A stretch of 64,000 bases of DNA from a candidate division WOR-1 bacterium RIFCSPLOWO2_02_FULL_46_20. GTDB taxonomy: Bacteria; Margulisbacteria; WOR-1; O2-12-FULL-45-9. Below, one piece after another: positions 37,303 through 50,273 of this stretch. Made by a program: the position numbers and the translations under genes. A model generated the notes under the pieces. The model was given only the letters and a program-made list of their open reading frames with translations, was not told where the DNA came from and did no database searches. The stretch spans positions 11,325 to 75,324 of the forward strand of contig METP01000033.1 of NCBI GenBank assembly GCA_001771365.1. The letters run 5' to 3'. Positions within the stretch are counted from its first letter, which is position 1. Every line of letters begins with the position of its first letter.

Positions 37303-38781
37303 AAGAAAATATTGCCGCTATTTTAAAGAAAAAGATAGAAGATTTTACGGCGGCCAGCCGGCTGGAGGAAGTCGGCTATGTTTTAGAATCAGGGGACGGG
37401 ATCGTGCGGTTAAGCGGCTTACCCTCCGCCATGTCCAACGAAATGATCGAGTTTACCAACAAAACTTATGGCATTGCCTTTAACCTGGAGCGCGAACAGG
37501 TGGTGGCGGTTCTGCTCGGACAGCATACCGCGGTAAAAGAAGGGGATGTTGCCAAATTAACCGGCCGGATCCTGGAAGTCCCGGTCGGAGAAGCGCTCCT
37601 GGGCCGGGTGGTCGGTGCCCTGGGCTTTCCTTTGGACGGCTTGGGAGAGATCAAGACCCAAAAAAGCCGGCCGGTAGAAAAAATCGCTCCCCAAGTTGTT
37701 GACCGCACCCCGGTAAACCAACCGCTGCAAACCGGCTACAAAGCCATCGACGCCTTGATCCCGATCGGCCGCGGCCAAAGAGAATTAATTATCGGTGACC
37801 GCGCTTCCGGCAAAAGCACCATGAGCGTTGATGCCATCCTTAACCAGAAAAACCAAAATGTCTATTGTTTTTACGTGGCGATCGGCCAGAAAGAATCCAA
37901 CATTGTCCAGCTGGTGCAAAAATTGCGGGAACACGGTGCGCTGGATTACACAACGGTGATCTCCGCGCCGGCTTCCGATCCCGCCTCAATGCAGTACCTG
38001 GCGCCTTATGCCGGCTGCGCCATGGCGGAAGAGTTCATGTACAACGGAAAAGACGCGCTGATCATATATGATGACTTAACCAAGCACGCGCAGGCTTACC
38101 GCATGATTTCCCTGCTTTTGCGTCGGCCCCCCGGCCGCGAAGCTTACCCGGGAGATGTCTTTTACCTGCATTCGCGGCTGCTGGAGCGCTCGGCCAAGCT
38201 CTCTCCTAAAGCGGGCGGCGGGTCACTGACCGCCCTGCCTTTGATCGAAACCCAGCTGGGAGACATTACTTCCTACATCCCGACCAACGTGATCTCGATC
38301 ACGGACGGACAAATATTTTTAGAACCGGATTTGTTCAACCAGGGGACGCGGCCGGCGGTAAACGTGGGGATTTCCGTGTCGCGCGTGGGCGGCAACGCCC
38401 AGGTACCGGCCATGCGCAAAATTGCCGGCCGTTTAAGGATCGATCTGGCGCAATACCGGGAGAAAAAATCCTTCGCCCTGTTCGCGGGAGAAGTGGACAA
38501 GGAAACCCTGCGCCAATTAAACCGCGGAGCCATCATTTCTGAAGTTTTGAACCAGGACAAACACCAGACTATGTCGATCGAGGACCAGATCATCGTGATC
38601 TACGCGGCCGTCAACAATTATCTGGATGAAGCACCCTTAAAGCGGATTAAAGAGACGGAAAATCAATTAATAAAATTTGTCCGCGGCGCTATTCCCGAGG
38701 CAGTGCCTAAATTGACCAGCCTGGACCAGGCGACCGAAACTAAATTAAAAAAAGCGCTCCAGTCTTTCGTGGAAAGCCATT

Positions 38782-38798
<17 letters not shown>
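37299..38798 (+). CDS. atpA: F0F1 ATP synthase subunit alpha
   Basis: Carries the Walker A motif GDRASGKS and the DDLTKHA motif. The protein is 499 aa. Confidence 0.95.
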
Positions 38799-41243
<2,445 letters not shown>

Positions 41244-41306
41244 GCTTATGGCTCTGATCGCCGCGACCTCGCTCTTTTTTGAGAACCATCAGATCAGTAT
41301 TTAAGC

Positions 41307-41335
41307 TTGACAAACAATTTATTTCATACTATAGT
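41307..41335 (+). promoter_or_regulatory. Consensus-like sigma70 promoter (TTGACA-17-TATAGT) upstream of the long rho leader
   Basis: Read directly from the sequence. The leader is about 100 nt to the rho ATG, and the ribosome-binding site AGGAGGAAAA lies at 41420-41429. Confidence 0.5.
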
Positions 41336-41440
41336 GTATACGTAAACATGTCAGAAATGCCCCAATTTTTAGAATCCTGATGGCGAAAAAAAATCCTAAT
41401 CTCTTAATTCACGATTAAATGCGGCAATAGGAGGAAAATA

Positions 41441-42685
41441 ATGGACATAGTAGAACTCGAGGAAAAAACACTGCCCCAACTGTACGATATCGCCAAGCAA
41501 CTGGAAATCCCCAACCCCCGCCAATTAAAAAAACATGACCTAATTTTCAGGATCCTGGAAAAACAAACGGAGAAAAACGGCTACATGTTTGGCAAAGGGG
41601 TGCTGGAGATTCTCCCTGAAGGTTACGGCTTTCTGCGCACCGTGGGGTATTTGCCCGGCCGGGATGATATCTATGTTTCACAAACCCAGGTGCGAAGATT
41701 TGACATGCAGAACGGCGACATCGTTTCCGGCCAGATCCGCCCGCCAAAAGAGGGGGAAAAATATTACAGCCTCTTAAAGATTGAAGCCATCAGCGGAACT
41801 GACCCGGAGCAAGCCCGCGAACGCGTCCCCTTTGAAAACTTAACCCCCATCTTCCCGGATAAACGCTATACGCTTGAATACCCAAAGTGCCCGATTTCCG
41901 CGCGTTTGATCGATCTTTTGGCGCCTATCGGCATGGGCCAGCGCGCCATGATTGTTTCTCCTCCTAAAGCGGGAAAAACAACGGTACTAAAAAATATTGC
42001 CAACAGTATTACGGAGAATTTTCCCGAATCAATTATCAAAGTTTTACTTGTTGACGAGAGGCCGGAAGAAGTTACCGATATGGCACGATCGGTTAAAGGA
42101 GAGGTTATCGCCTCTACTTTCGACGAACCTCCGGAAAATCATATTAGAGTTGCCGAACTGTTAATTGAATCCTGTAAACGGCTGGTCGAATCAGGGAATG
42201 ATGTGGTGATACTGCTCGACTCGATTACCAGGCTGGCCCGCGCCTACAATCTGGTCACCCCACCCTCCGGCAGAACTCTGTCCGGCGGTCTTGATCCTAC
42301 CTGTTTACATCGCCCCAAAAGATTTTTTGGCGCGGCGCGCAACCTGGAAGACGGCGGCAGCTTAACTATTGTCGCCACGGCGCTGGTTGATACCGGTTCG
42401 CGCATGGATGATATTATTTACGAAGAATTCAAAGGAACCGGCAATATGGAACTCCATCTTAACAGAAAGCTATCCGACCGCAGAGTTTTCCCGGCTATCG
42501 ACGTAAAACTATCCGGCACCCGCAGGGAAGAGCTATTGATAGAAGATAAAGAGCTGAAAAAAATCTGGCTCTTAAGAAAAGTCATGGACAGTTACGACGC
42601 GGCTGAAGGGACAGAACAATTGATCGAACGTTTGAAAGAATTTAAGACCAACAAAGCCTTCATGGAATCGGCCGAAATTAAATAG
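41441..42685 (+). CDS. rho: Transcription termination factor Rho
   Basis: N-terminal domain [32 protein letters not shown]. Cold-shock-like RNA-binding block [14 protein letters not shown]. Walker A motif GKTT. Confidence 0.9.
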   Translation: MDIVELEEKTLPQLYDIAKQLEIPNPRQLKKHDLIFRILEKQTEKNGYMFGKGVLEILPEGYGFLRTVGYLPGRDDIYVSQTQVRRFDMQNGDIVSGQIRPPKEGEKYYSLLKIEAISGTDPEQARERVPFENLTPIFPDKRYTLEYPKCPISARLIDLLAPIGMGQRAMIVSPPKAGKTTVLKNIANSITENFPESIIKVLLVDERPEEVTDMARSVKGEVIASTFDEPPENHIRVAELLIESCKRLVESGNDVVILLDSITRLARAYNLVTPPSGRTLSGGLDPTCLHRPKRFFGAARNLEDGGSLTIVATALVDTGSRMDDIIYEEFKGTGNMELHLNRKLSDRRVFPAIDVKLSGTRREELLIEDKELKKIWLLRKVMDSYDAAEGTEQLIERLKEFKTNKAFMESAEIK

Positions 42686-42688
42686 CCC

Positions 42689-43933
42689 TTGTTTACCTTA
42701 AAAGAAATACTTAAAGTAGTTGGAGGATCGCGAGTTACGGGCTCCGCGTCGCGGCTCTTTACCGGGATTTCTATTGACACCCGCACAATCCAGCCCGGCG
42801 AATTATTTATCCCCGTCAAAGGCAAAAGATTTGACGGGCAAAAATTCATCTCAATAGCCCTGGCCAAAGGGGCCGCTGTTTTAGAAGTAAAAGACGGCCT
42901 CAAAGCGCTCCAAGCTTTGGCGGCCTATCATCGCGGCAAATTCAAGATCCCTGTCATTGGCGTCACCGGGAGCGTTGGTAAAACTACCACCAAAGATATG
43001 CTGGCCGCCATCCTGGCCCAGGAAATGCCCACCTTAAAAAACGAAGAAAATTTTAATAACGAAATTGGCGCCCCCCTCACCCTTTTAAGGCTAAGGAAAA
43101 AACACAAAGTTGCTGTTGTTGAAATGGCCATGCAAGGCCTGGGAGAAATCGCCGCTTTGGCGGAGATTGTCCGGCCAACCATTTCAGTCGTCACAAACAT
43201 TGGCGAAGCCCATCTTGAGTTTTTGAAAACCAAGAAAAATGTTGCCAGAGCAAAATCAGAAATATTTCAATACCAGACACAAAAAGACTTTGCCGTTATC
43301 AATGCCGACGACGAATACTTCGAAAAATTAAGGTCGGATGTCAAATGCCAAAGGTTGAACATTGTCACATTCGGAATCATAGAAAAAGCCAAAGTCACTC
43401 CCGGAGAATTAAAAGGGATCAAGCTCCCTATCGGCGGCGAACACAATATTTATAACGCTTTGGCCGCCATTGCCGCGGCCAAGATATTAAAGATCAAGAA
43501 AAAATCAATAAAACAAGGGCTGGAAATGTTTCGTCCCTCCAGCAACCGTTATGACGTTATTAACCGCCAGGACGGCGTTAAGATTATTAACGATACCTAC
43601 AATGCCAATCCGCAATCCATGACCGCTATGTTAAAAGTTTTAGCCTGGCTGTCCGGCAGAAAAATTGCCGTGCTGGGCGACATGTATGAGCTGGGCCAAC
43701 GCGCTAAACCGGCTCACCGACAAATCGGCAAACTGGCCAGGAAACTTGGTATTGATCTTTTAATTTCTATTGGCAAACTGGCCAAGGATATGAAAGCGGA
43801 TTTTCACTTTGCCGGCAAAACCGCCGCCATCAATAAATTAAAAAAGATCATCCACCCTGGTGACCGCATCCTGGTAAAAGCCTCGCACGGCCTGCACCTC
43901 GAAGAAGTTGTGGAAGCCATCCGGACAATCTGA
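42689..43933 (+). CDS. murF: UDP-N-acetylmuramoyl-tripeptide–D-alanyl-D-alanine ligase
   Basis: Carries the Mur ligase ATP-binding motif IGVTGSVGKTTTKDM and a MurF-type N-terminal domain. Confidence 0.85.
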   Translation: MFTLKEILKVVGGSRVTGSASRLFTGISIDTRTIQPGELFIPVKGKRFDGQKFISIALAKGAAVLEVKDGLKALQALAAYHRGKFKIPVIGVTGSVGKTTTKDMLAAILAQEMPTLKNEENFNNEIGAPLTLLRLRKKHKVAVVEMAMQGLGEIAALAEIVRPTISVVTNIGEAHLEFLKTKKNVARAKSEIFQYQTQKDFAVINADDEYFEKLRSDVKCQRLNIVTFGIIEKAKVTPGELKGIKLPIGGEHNIYNALAAIAAAKILKIKKKSIKQGLEMFRPSSNRYDVINRQDGVKIINDTYNANPQSMTAMLKVLAWLSGRKIAVLGDMYELGQRAKPAHRQIGKLARKLGIDLLISIGKLAKDMKADFHFAGKTAAINKLKKIIHPGDRILVKASHGLHLEEVVEAIRTI

Positions 43934-43949
43934 TAGAATAAACTCCTAA

Positions 43950-44033
43950 GCCGGGGTGGTGGAACTGGCAGACACACCAGCTTGAGGTGCTGGCGCCGTT
44001 AAAAGCGTAGGAGTTCAAATCTCCTCCTCGGCA
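43950..44033 (+). tRNA. tRNA-Leu (anticodon GAG), type II; CCA not encoded
   Basis: Manual fold: acceptor GCCGGGG/CCTCGGC (one G·U pair), anticodon stem CCAGC/GCTGG with loop TTGAGGT, T arm AGGAG-TTCAAAT-CTCCT. Confidence 0.8.
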
Positions 44034-44097
44034 TTATTATTCGCTTGACTGACGCAAGTTTATTGGTTAAACTTTCGATTAAATATAAGGAGGGCGC

Positions 44098-44817
44098 GTG
44101 ACAGCTCAAGTTTCTCAAATCCAGCTTCAAGCCCCCGAATTCAGCCTGTTTCAGGATTCTTACGCCTCAAACGCTTCCGACCACTCTTTCCAAAACTACC
44201 TTGAAGAAGAACAAAAACGCTGGGGCCAATTTAATTTTGACTCCTGGTTTAGCTATCCGGTTTTTCAACCAGGCGAAAAAACAAGCGGGAATTATCTCTA
44301 CTCTCCGGAATTAGAGGTCTCCTATCAACTAAACACCAATGAAAACAAAAACCAATCTACCCCGGCAGAAAACCTGCCCTTATCTAATCAGTTGCCAGGC
44401 GACTCATTGATGAAACCAACCCAAACTGTCTTGCGGGAATTACTGCTGAAGTCCGGTTGGCTTATCCCGAACCTGGAAGCCTCGCCTCTTCTCTCTCAAG
44501 CGCAATTAGACGGCAAACTGCTCAATAAACTTGATCTGCAATTTTTAGTTGACCAAATTCTGTCTCAAGTTAAATTAGTCGGGAACAAAGACAAAATTGA
44601 ATTGCTGATGGGATTAAAACCCGAAAACATGGGCGAAATATTTTTGAGCGTAAGTTCACGTTCCGGCTTAATCTCAATTCAAATCCAGGCCACGGAAGAA
44701 ACCAGAAAACTGATAGAAGCTCAACTCCTGGAATTGAAATTAGCCCTCAAAAAGGCTAACATTAACCTGGAAGAAATTAAGATTCTCTCTTCACAGGAGA
44801 TTAATAAACATGTTTAA
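44098..44817 (+). CDS. Flagellar hook-length control protein FliK-like (C-terminal Flg_hook domain)
   Basis: Uses a GTG start behind an AAGGAGG site. The C-terminal block LDLQFLVDQILSQVKLVGNKDKIELLMGLKPENMGEIFLSVSSRSGLISIQIQATEE…LELKLALKKANINLEEIKI fits the FliK C-terminal domain. Confidence 0.55.
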   Translation: MTAQVSQIQLQAPEFSLFQDSYASNASDHSFQNYLEEEQKRWGQFNFDSWFSYPVFQPGEKTSGNYLYSPELEVSYQLNTNENKNQSTPAENLPLSNQLPGDSLMKPTQTVLRELLLKSGWLIPNLEASPLLSQAQLDGKLLNKLDLQFLVDQILSQVKLVGNKDKIELLMGLKPENMGEIFLSVSSRSGLISIQIQATEETRKLIEAQLLELKLALKKANINLEEIKILSSQEINKHV

Positions 44818-45607
44818 GATGATCAGTCAGGCGAAAAACGCGATCGAGGCTTACAACCAGGCGCTGGAAGCAACTTCCTCCAACATCGCCAACATGAACG
44901 TAACCGGGTACAAAAGAGTGGATGTTTCTTTTCAATCAATATTTGAAAGAGTTCTTAGCCAGGGAACGGCCGCTAATGGCGGCATGGGAGGGACAAACCC
45001 AAGACAGACCGGCCAGGGTATGGCTCTTTCAACCATTGCCGTTGATTTTTCCGCCGGTGATCTTGTCGCCGGCGCAACAATTGACTTAGCTATTTCCGGA
45101 CAAGGCATGTTTGTTGTTTCTCCTGACGGCGGCAATAGTTATCTATATACCAGAGCCGGGAATTTTGAAATCGACGCCTCCGGCAATCTAACCTCAAATG
45201 GCATGCAAGTTTATGGACTAAACGGAGCCGGGAGCCTGGTGGCTATCTCTTCTCTTCCCTCCGGAAATAAATCGGATTACAGCTGGCAGGCGGACGGCAC
45301 CCTTTTGTATAACGGCACTTCGGCAGGTTATCAAATCGCCCTAACCTATTTCCCTAATCCGGGAGGTCTGGCCCAGGCACGAGGAACCACTTTTGCCGAA
45401 ACCGCCGCCTCAGGCAGCCCGGCAACATCTCAGGCCCCGGGCGGGACTGTTGGCACGGTGTTGGCCGGACAACGCGAACAGTCAAACGTATTTTATCTTA
45501 ATGAAACGATAGAAGCTTTGGAATTGCAGCGGGCCATGAACGGCAACTTAACCATTATCCAGATGGCATCGGAATTGATCTCTAATTTTATTAATAAATT
45601 ATCGTAA
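44810..45607 (+). CDS. Flagellar hook/rod protein of the FlgE/FlgG family (short, 265 aa)
   Basis: The N-terminal rod motif SNIANMNVTGYKR is present. Its position after fliK suggests hook protein FlgE, although the length is closer to FlgG. Confidence 0.7.
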   Translation: MFKMISQAKNAIEAYNQALEATSSNIANMNVTGYKRVDVSFQSIFERVLSQGTAANGGMGGTNPRQTGQGMALSTIAVDFSAGDLVAGATIDLAISGQGMFVVSPDGGNSYLYTRAGNFEIDASGNLTSNGMQVYGLNGAGSLVAISSLPSGNKSDYSWQADGTLLYNGTSAGYQIALTYFPNPGGLAQARGTTFAETAASGSPATSQAPGGTVGTVLAGQREQSNVFYLNETIEALELQRAMNGNLTIIQMASELISNFINKLS

Positions 45608-45618
45608 TAAGTTAAGTA

Positions 45619-46815
45619 ATGGAACAACAAACAAGTAAACCGGAAATTGCCTCCCAAAAGAGAGCTATAAAATTCGCGCCGGCCATTGGCGATTGGACAA
45701 CCTATAAACCTCCAAAAGTATTGGTCAAAAAGGTCAAAAGCGGCCTTTATGGTTTTGATCGTCTCTCCAAAGAAGAATTAAACCGGTTTTTATTTATCCA
45801 TTATTGTTTTACCCAGGAACTTCTTAAACGTTTCAAAAGAGACCTGGGTATGGCCGAAGAGCTCTTTGCTGTCCAGGTTGAACAAACGACCTACTTGAAT
45901 TTTCTCAGGACATTAATCGGACCGGTTGTTCAATGTAAAATCTCGGTCCCTGACCTGCACGAGCCGATCCTGCTCTTTCTCGACATCGCTTTGGCTAACT
46001 CAATCATAAATTACGCTTTGGGGAGTGTGGATCTTGATCCTATTAACCGGAGTTTAACCGAAGCCGAGAAAACAGCCCTGACTACTACCCTATCAGAATA
46101 TTTACCAAGCCTAAGTCTGGCTTTTGACGGTGCCCTGGCCAACCTTTCTTTAACTATTACCGGCTCCCCCGATGTCGTCATAGATCAAACCATTAACCCA
46201 ACATCCACTATGGCTATTTATAGCGCCGAGATCTCTCTGGCCGATAATCCGCCGGCCAGGCTCTTTATTGTTTACCCGGGCCACGCCTTAACAAACCTGC
46301 TGACAAAATTCAAGGAAAAAGAGACCGCTAAGCCCCTGGATTTTTCAAGGTTCCCGGCCACCCTCCTCTCTAAAGTTATGGTTAACACAATCGCCACCCT
46401 GGGAGAAACTTCCCTGACTATGAATAATATTAATGAATTGGCTGTGGGTGACGTCGTTTCCCTGGAAACAGACATTACCTCCCCCCTCCTTACAACTATC
46501 GGCAATATCTTGAAACTTTCCGGTCAACCCGGGCTAAAGAACAAGAAAACCGCAGTCAGGCTGGTCGGCCTCAAAGAAGAGACACAACCGGAAATCGCGC
46601 CGCCCAGGCTGGCCGACGACCGCCCGGAAATAAAAAAGACACCGCCTCCACTACCCTTACCGGAAAGAAAGCCGGCGGAAAGAAAATTTCTACCAACTAT
46701 CCCCCAACCGGCCAAAACACAACCAAAAGATGATATACTGGAAGAGGAAGAAGATACTCTCGACGACTTTTCGGAAGAAGATCTCTCGGACGATTTTCTG
46801 GATGAAGAACTATAA
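45619..46815 (+). CDS. fliM: Flagellar motor switch protein FliM, lacking the N-terminal CheY-binding motif and with a Pro-rich/acidic C-terminal tail
   Basis: The middle domain FDRLSKEELNRFLFIHYCFTQELLKRF…QTTYLNFLRTLIGP…LFLDIALANSIINYALGS matches FliM. The SpoA-like block VGDVVSLETDITSPLLTTIGNILKLSGQPG is present. Confidence 0.7.
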   Translation: MEQQTSKPEIASQKRAIKFAPAIGDWTTYKPPKVLVKKVKSGLYGFDRLSKEELNRFLFIHYCFTQELLKRFKRDLGMAEELFAVQVEQTTYLNFLRTLIGPVVQCKISVPDLHEPILLFLDIALANSIINYALGSVDLDPINRSLTEAEKTALTTTLSEYLPSLSLAFDGALANLSLTITGSPDVVIDQTINPTSTMAIYSAEISLADNPPARLFIVYPGHALTNLLTKFKEKETAKPLDFSRFPATLLSKVMVNTIATLGETSLTMNNINELAVGDVVSLETDITSPLLTTIGNILKLSGQPGLKNKKTAVRLVGLKEETQPEIAPPRLADDRPEIKKTPPPLPLPERKPAERKFLPTIPQPAKTQPKDDILEEEEDTLDDFSEEDLSDDFLDEEL

Positions 46816-46831
46816 CGGAGGAGGCAAGAAG

Positions 46832-47122
46832 ATGGATGTAAAAAATGTAAAACTGCCGGAATTTGGAGAAGAAGAAAGAGGTGAAAAGATCGAGCAACGG
46901 ACTCTGGGCAACATTCCGGTTCAGGCCACGGTTGAGCTTGGCCAGGCCGAGTTGTCGCTTAGAGATATCCTTGATCTGTCGGAAGGTTCCATTATTGAAC
47001 TCAGTCGCCTGGCGGGAGAACCATTAGACCTGAAAGTCGGCGGGCAACTGATCGCCCAGGGAGAAGTAGTCGCCATTGATGATTCTTATGGGCTGCGTAT
47101 CACCAACGTGGTAATGAAATGA
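46832..47122 (+). CDS. fliN: Flagellar motor switch protein FliN (SpoA domain)
   Basis: Carries LGNIPVQATVELGQAELSLRDILDLSEGSIIELSRLAGEPLDLKVGGQLIAQGEVV. The start was set at MDVKNV behind a GGAGGAGG site. The ORF tool's longer start overlaps fliM. Confidence 0.8.
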   Translation: MDVKNVKLPEFGEEERGEKIEQRTLGNIPVQATVELGQAELSLRDILDLSEGSIIELSRLAGEPLDLKVGGQLIAQGEVVAIDDSYGLRITNVVMK

Positions 47123-47442
47123 CTCCCTCGACTTCGCTCGGGACAAGCCCGGAAGTTTTAGCCCTGCAACACACCCCCATCATAACCTTTGGCTACATAA
47201 TGCAGTTACTTATTTCTCTGCTCATAGTTCTGGCTTTAATCTATGTTACCGCCAGGTTCGTCCTGCCCAAACTAAAAACAACCTCTACCGGCAATATAAT
47301 CAAAATACTGGATCGTGTTTATCTGGAGCCGCAAGTTTCCGCTTATGTTTTAAAAGCAGGTAAAGATGCCTGGCTCATCGTTACCAGCAGCAAACAAATC
47401 GCCCGTATCGACAAAATTGATGAAGAAAGCTTAAATAAATGA
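47119..47442 (+). CDS. FliO/FliZ-like small membrane protein
   Basis: A single-TM protein of 107 aa located immediately upstream of fliP. Confidence 0.5.
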   Translation: MTPSTSLGTSPEVLALQHTPIITFGYIMQLLISLLIVLALIYVTARFVLPKLKTTSTGNIIKILDRVYLEPQVSAYVLKAGKDAWLIVTSSKQIARIDKIDEESLNK

Positions 47443-48098
47443 TTGATTTAAATCAGCTCATGGCCTCGCCCCAATTCAGCAGCAGCATCCAATTGATCCT
47501 GGCCATGTCGCTTATTTCGCTGATCCCTTTTTTCCTGATTTCCGTTACCTCTTTTTTAAGAATTATCATTGTCTTTTCTCTGGTCCGAACGGCCATTGGC
47601 ACCCAACAAGTCCCCCCCAGCTCGGTCCTTGTCGGCCTGGCTTTTTTTATGACGGTTTTTATCATGGCCCCTGTCTGGAATGAAACCAACGAAACAGCCG
47701 TGATCCCTTATAATAAACATCAAATGTCCCAGACTAAAGCCATTGAGGTCGGCTTGAAACCCCTGCAACAATTTATGATCAGGCAAACCCGGGAAAAAGA
47801 TTTGGCCCTCTTTGTCCAGTTCTCGCGCTTGAAGACGCCCAAAACCGCGGCTGACGTGCCACTTTACGTTTTGATCCCCTCATTTATGATTTCAGAGCTT
47901 CGAACTTCCTTCCAGATTGGTTTCTTGCTCTTTATCCCTTTTATCATGATCGATTTAATCGTATCCAATATCCTTTTGTCTCTGGGAATGTTTATGCTTT
48001 CTCCCGTAATGGTTTCACTTCCGTTTAAGATACTTTTATTCGTCCTGGCCGACGGTTGGAATTTAATTTCAAGAGGACTCTTAACAAGCTTTAGGTAA
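47439..48098 (+). CDS. fliP: Flagellar type III export apparatus protein FliP
   Basis: LTSFLRIIIVFSLVRTAIGTQQVPPSSVLVGLAFFMTVFIMAPV is the FliP signature. Confidence 0.9.
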   Translation: MIDLNQLMASPQFSSSIQLILAMSLISLIPFFLISVTSFLRIIIVFSLVRTAIGTQQVPPSSVLVGLAFFMTVFIMAPVWNETNETAVIPYNKHQMSQTKAIEVGLKPLQQFMIRQTREKDLALFVQFSRLKTPKTAADVPLYVLIPSFMISELRTSFQIGFLLFIPFIMIDLIVSNILLSLGMFMLSPVMVSLPFKILLFVLADGWNLISRGLLTSFR

Positions 48099-48103
48099 AA
48101 AAT

Positions 48104-48373
48104 ATGAACCAGGACTTCGCCGTACAAATTATACAACAAGCGGTTACAATCATACTTGTGGTCTCGCTGCCCACGGTAGGCGTGGGATTGCTGGTCGGAT
48201 TTATGATCAGTCTTTTCCAGGCCGTTACCCAAATTCAGGAACAGACCCTAACGTTTGTCCCTAAAGTAATCTCGGTGCTCCTGATGTTTGCCTTTACCTC
48301 TCCCTGGATGATATCCATGATGGTAGATTTTACGACGACTCTTTGGAGCACCATTCCAAATATGGCGCGATGA
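48104..48373 (+). CDS. fliQ: Flagellar export apparatus protein FliQ
   Basis: A two-TM protein of 89 aa. Its position and length fit FliQ. Confidence 0.85.
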   Translation: MNQDFAVQIIQQAVTIILVVSLPTVGVGLLVGFMISLFQAVTQIQEQTLTFVPKVISVLLMFAFTSPWMISMMVDFTTTLWSTIPNMAR

Positions 48374-49143
48374 TAATCAGCGTTCAACAATTAACGGTTT
48401 TTCTCCTCATTCTAGGACGGGTTGCCGGAATATTTCTGCAGGCCCCTATTTTTAATTCCCGCGGTTTGCCTTTTTTTGCCAAAACAGCTCTGGCTATCTG
48501 GCTGACTATAGTCTTATGGTTTGTGGCTCCGGTATATAAATTATTACCCGACAGTATCCTGGCTTTCGTCCTGGCCCTGATCTTTGAAGTGGCTATCGGT
48601 TTTATTATCGGTTTTATATGCAACATTATTTTTATCGCCGTGCAATCCGCCGGTGAAATTGCCGACATGCAAATGGGCCTCTCGGTCGCCACGGCGCTGG
48701 ATCCGATTTTCGGCGCTTCCATCTCAATCATCGGCAGGCTCTCTTTTTTTACCGCCTTGATTATTTTTATCACAGCCAACGGACATCACCTGATCCTGTC
48801 GGCTTTGCAGCAAAGCTTCACCGCCCTGCCCGTGGGTAAACTGGCCAACTTCTCGTCGCCCAAGCTGGCGCTGCAAATAATCGGCTTAGGCTCTACCCTC
48901 TGGCTAACGGCTATCCAACTGTCCGCGCCGATAGTGCTTTTGATCTTTTTGTCTGATTTTACTTTTGGCATTGTTTCGCGCGTGGCCCCTCAGGTCAATG
49001 TTTTTATGCTCGGGTTTCAGGTTAAGCCGCTTTTGGGGCTATTTGGTTTTATGATGGCGTTCCCCTTTATGGTTAAGTATATAAACAGGCTATTGGAATT
49101 TATGAGCCAGCAGATTATTTTGCTGGCCAACAGCATAAAGTAA
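48343..49143 (+). CDS. fliR: Flagellar export apparatus protein FliR
   Basis: A polytopic protein of 266 aa located between fliQ and flhB. Confidence 0.8.
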   Translation: MEHHSKYGAMIISVQQLTVFLLILGRVAGIFLQAPIFNSRGLPFFAKTALAIWLTIVLWFVAPVYKLLPDSILAFVLALIFEVAIGFIIGFICNIIFIAVQSAGEIADMQMGLSVATALDPIFGASISIIGRLSFFTALIIFITANGHHLILSALQQSFTALPVGKLANFSSPKLALQIIGLGSTLWLTAIQLSAPIVLLIFLSDFTFGIVSRVAPQVNVFMLGFQVKPLLGLFGFMMAFPFMVKYINRLLEFMSQQIILLANSIK

Positions 49144-49152
49144 GGGGTAAAA

Positions 49153-50256
49153 ATGGGGGAACAGGGCGGGGATAAATCGGAAGAACCGACGCCACATAGA
49201 TTACGAGAGGCCCGACAAAAAGGACAGGTGGCCAAAAGCCGAGAAATCACGGTGGCTTTTGTTTTACTGCTCTCCTATGTCCTATTCAAATACCTGGGTG
49301 AGTTCATGTGGTTAAACTTAGCCGCTTCGGCTCGCGCCGTCTTCCTGCTTATTCCGGAAGCGCTTAATTTTGATCTTTCTCTGGTGGCCTATGTGCTCTT
49401 GCTGGCGGCGCGAGGCATGGCCTTTGCCGTGCTGCCTATTTTCGGCATCGTTTTTCTCTCCACCTTTATCGCCGAAGCCATGCAAACGGGTTTTGTCGTT
49501 TCGGCCGATCCCCTTGCCCCAAAGATTGAACGCATCAACCCCCTTGAAGGATTAAAAAAAATGTTCGGAATGCAGGGTTTTATAGAATTGATAAAATCAC
49601 TCATAAAAATCACAATTGTTTTTTATATCGCCTGGCAGGCAGGCAAAGACGACTTCCCTTATATTATTATTTTGTCAGAGGCGCATCCCTGGGAGACCAT
49701 TGTCCTGGGTGGTTCCATTGCTTACAAAATTGCCGTCCGCGTGGGTCTATTCTACATCATAGTGGCTATTCTCGATTATTTTTATCGCCGCTGGGAATAC
49801 ATGAAAAATTTAAAAATGACCAAACAAGAGATCAAAGAAGAATATAAACGCCTCGAAGGGGACCCCATGGTTAAACAAAGGATGCGTGATCTCCAACGAC
49901 AGGCGGCGCATCAAAGAATGATGGGAGCAGTGCCTCAAGCCGATGTTGTTGTTACCAACCCCACCCATCTTGCCGTGGCTTTAAAATATAAAGCCGGGGA
50001 GATGAAAGCTCCAAAATTGCTGGCCAAAGGTGAGAGAAAAATCGCCGAAGAAATCCGGCGTATTGCCGAACAGCATGAGATATCCATTGTGGAGAATGAA
50101 CCTTTGGCTCGTTCTATCTACCGCACCACCGGAGTCAACCAGGGGGTTCCGCCGGAACTTTACCAGGCAATAGCCGAAGTTCTGGCTTATGTGTATAAAA
50201 TTAAAAAGGACAGAGAAGCGAGGCAGAAAGGGTCGATTGCTTTGGCTCCTCGCTAG
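49153..50256 (+). CDS. flhB: Flagellar export apparatus protein FlhB
   Basis: Carries the autocleavage site NPTH (in VVVTNPTHLAVAL). The EEPTPHRLREARQKGQV N-terminus matches FlhB. Confidence 0.9.
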   Translation: MGEQGGDKSEEPTPHRLREARQKGQVAKSREITVAFVLLLSYVLFKYLGEFMWLNLAASARAVFLLIPEALNFDLSLVAYVLLLAARGMAFAVLPIFGIVFLSTFIAEAMQTGFVVSADPLAPKIERINPLEGLKKMFGMQGFIELIKSLIKITIVFYIAWQAGKDDFPYIIILSEAHPWETIVLGGSIAYKIAVRVGLFYIIVAILDYFYRRWEYMKNLKMTKQEIKEEYKRLEGDPMVKQRMRDLQRQAAHQRMMGAVPQADVVVTNPTHLAVALKYKAGEMKAPKLLAKGERKIAEEIRRIAEQHEISIVENEPLARSIYRTTGVNQGVPPELYQAIAEVLAYVYKIKKDREARQKGSIALAPR

Positions 50257-50273
50257 GGGTATAATCTAAACAA

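Noticed and set aside
41244-41300. Possible rho-independent terminator after atpC (gcgacctcgctctttttt)
   Set aside because: The stem is only about 4 bp. It is too weak to call, although the T-run is present.
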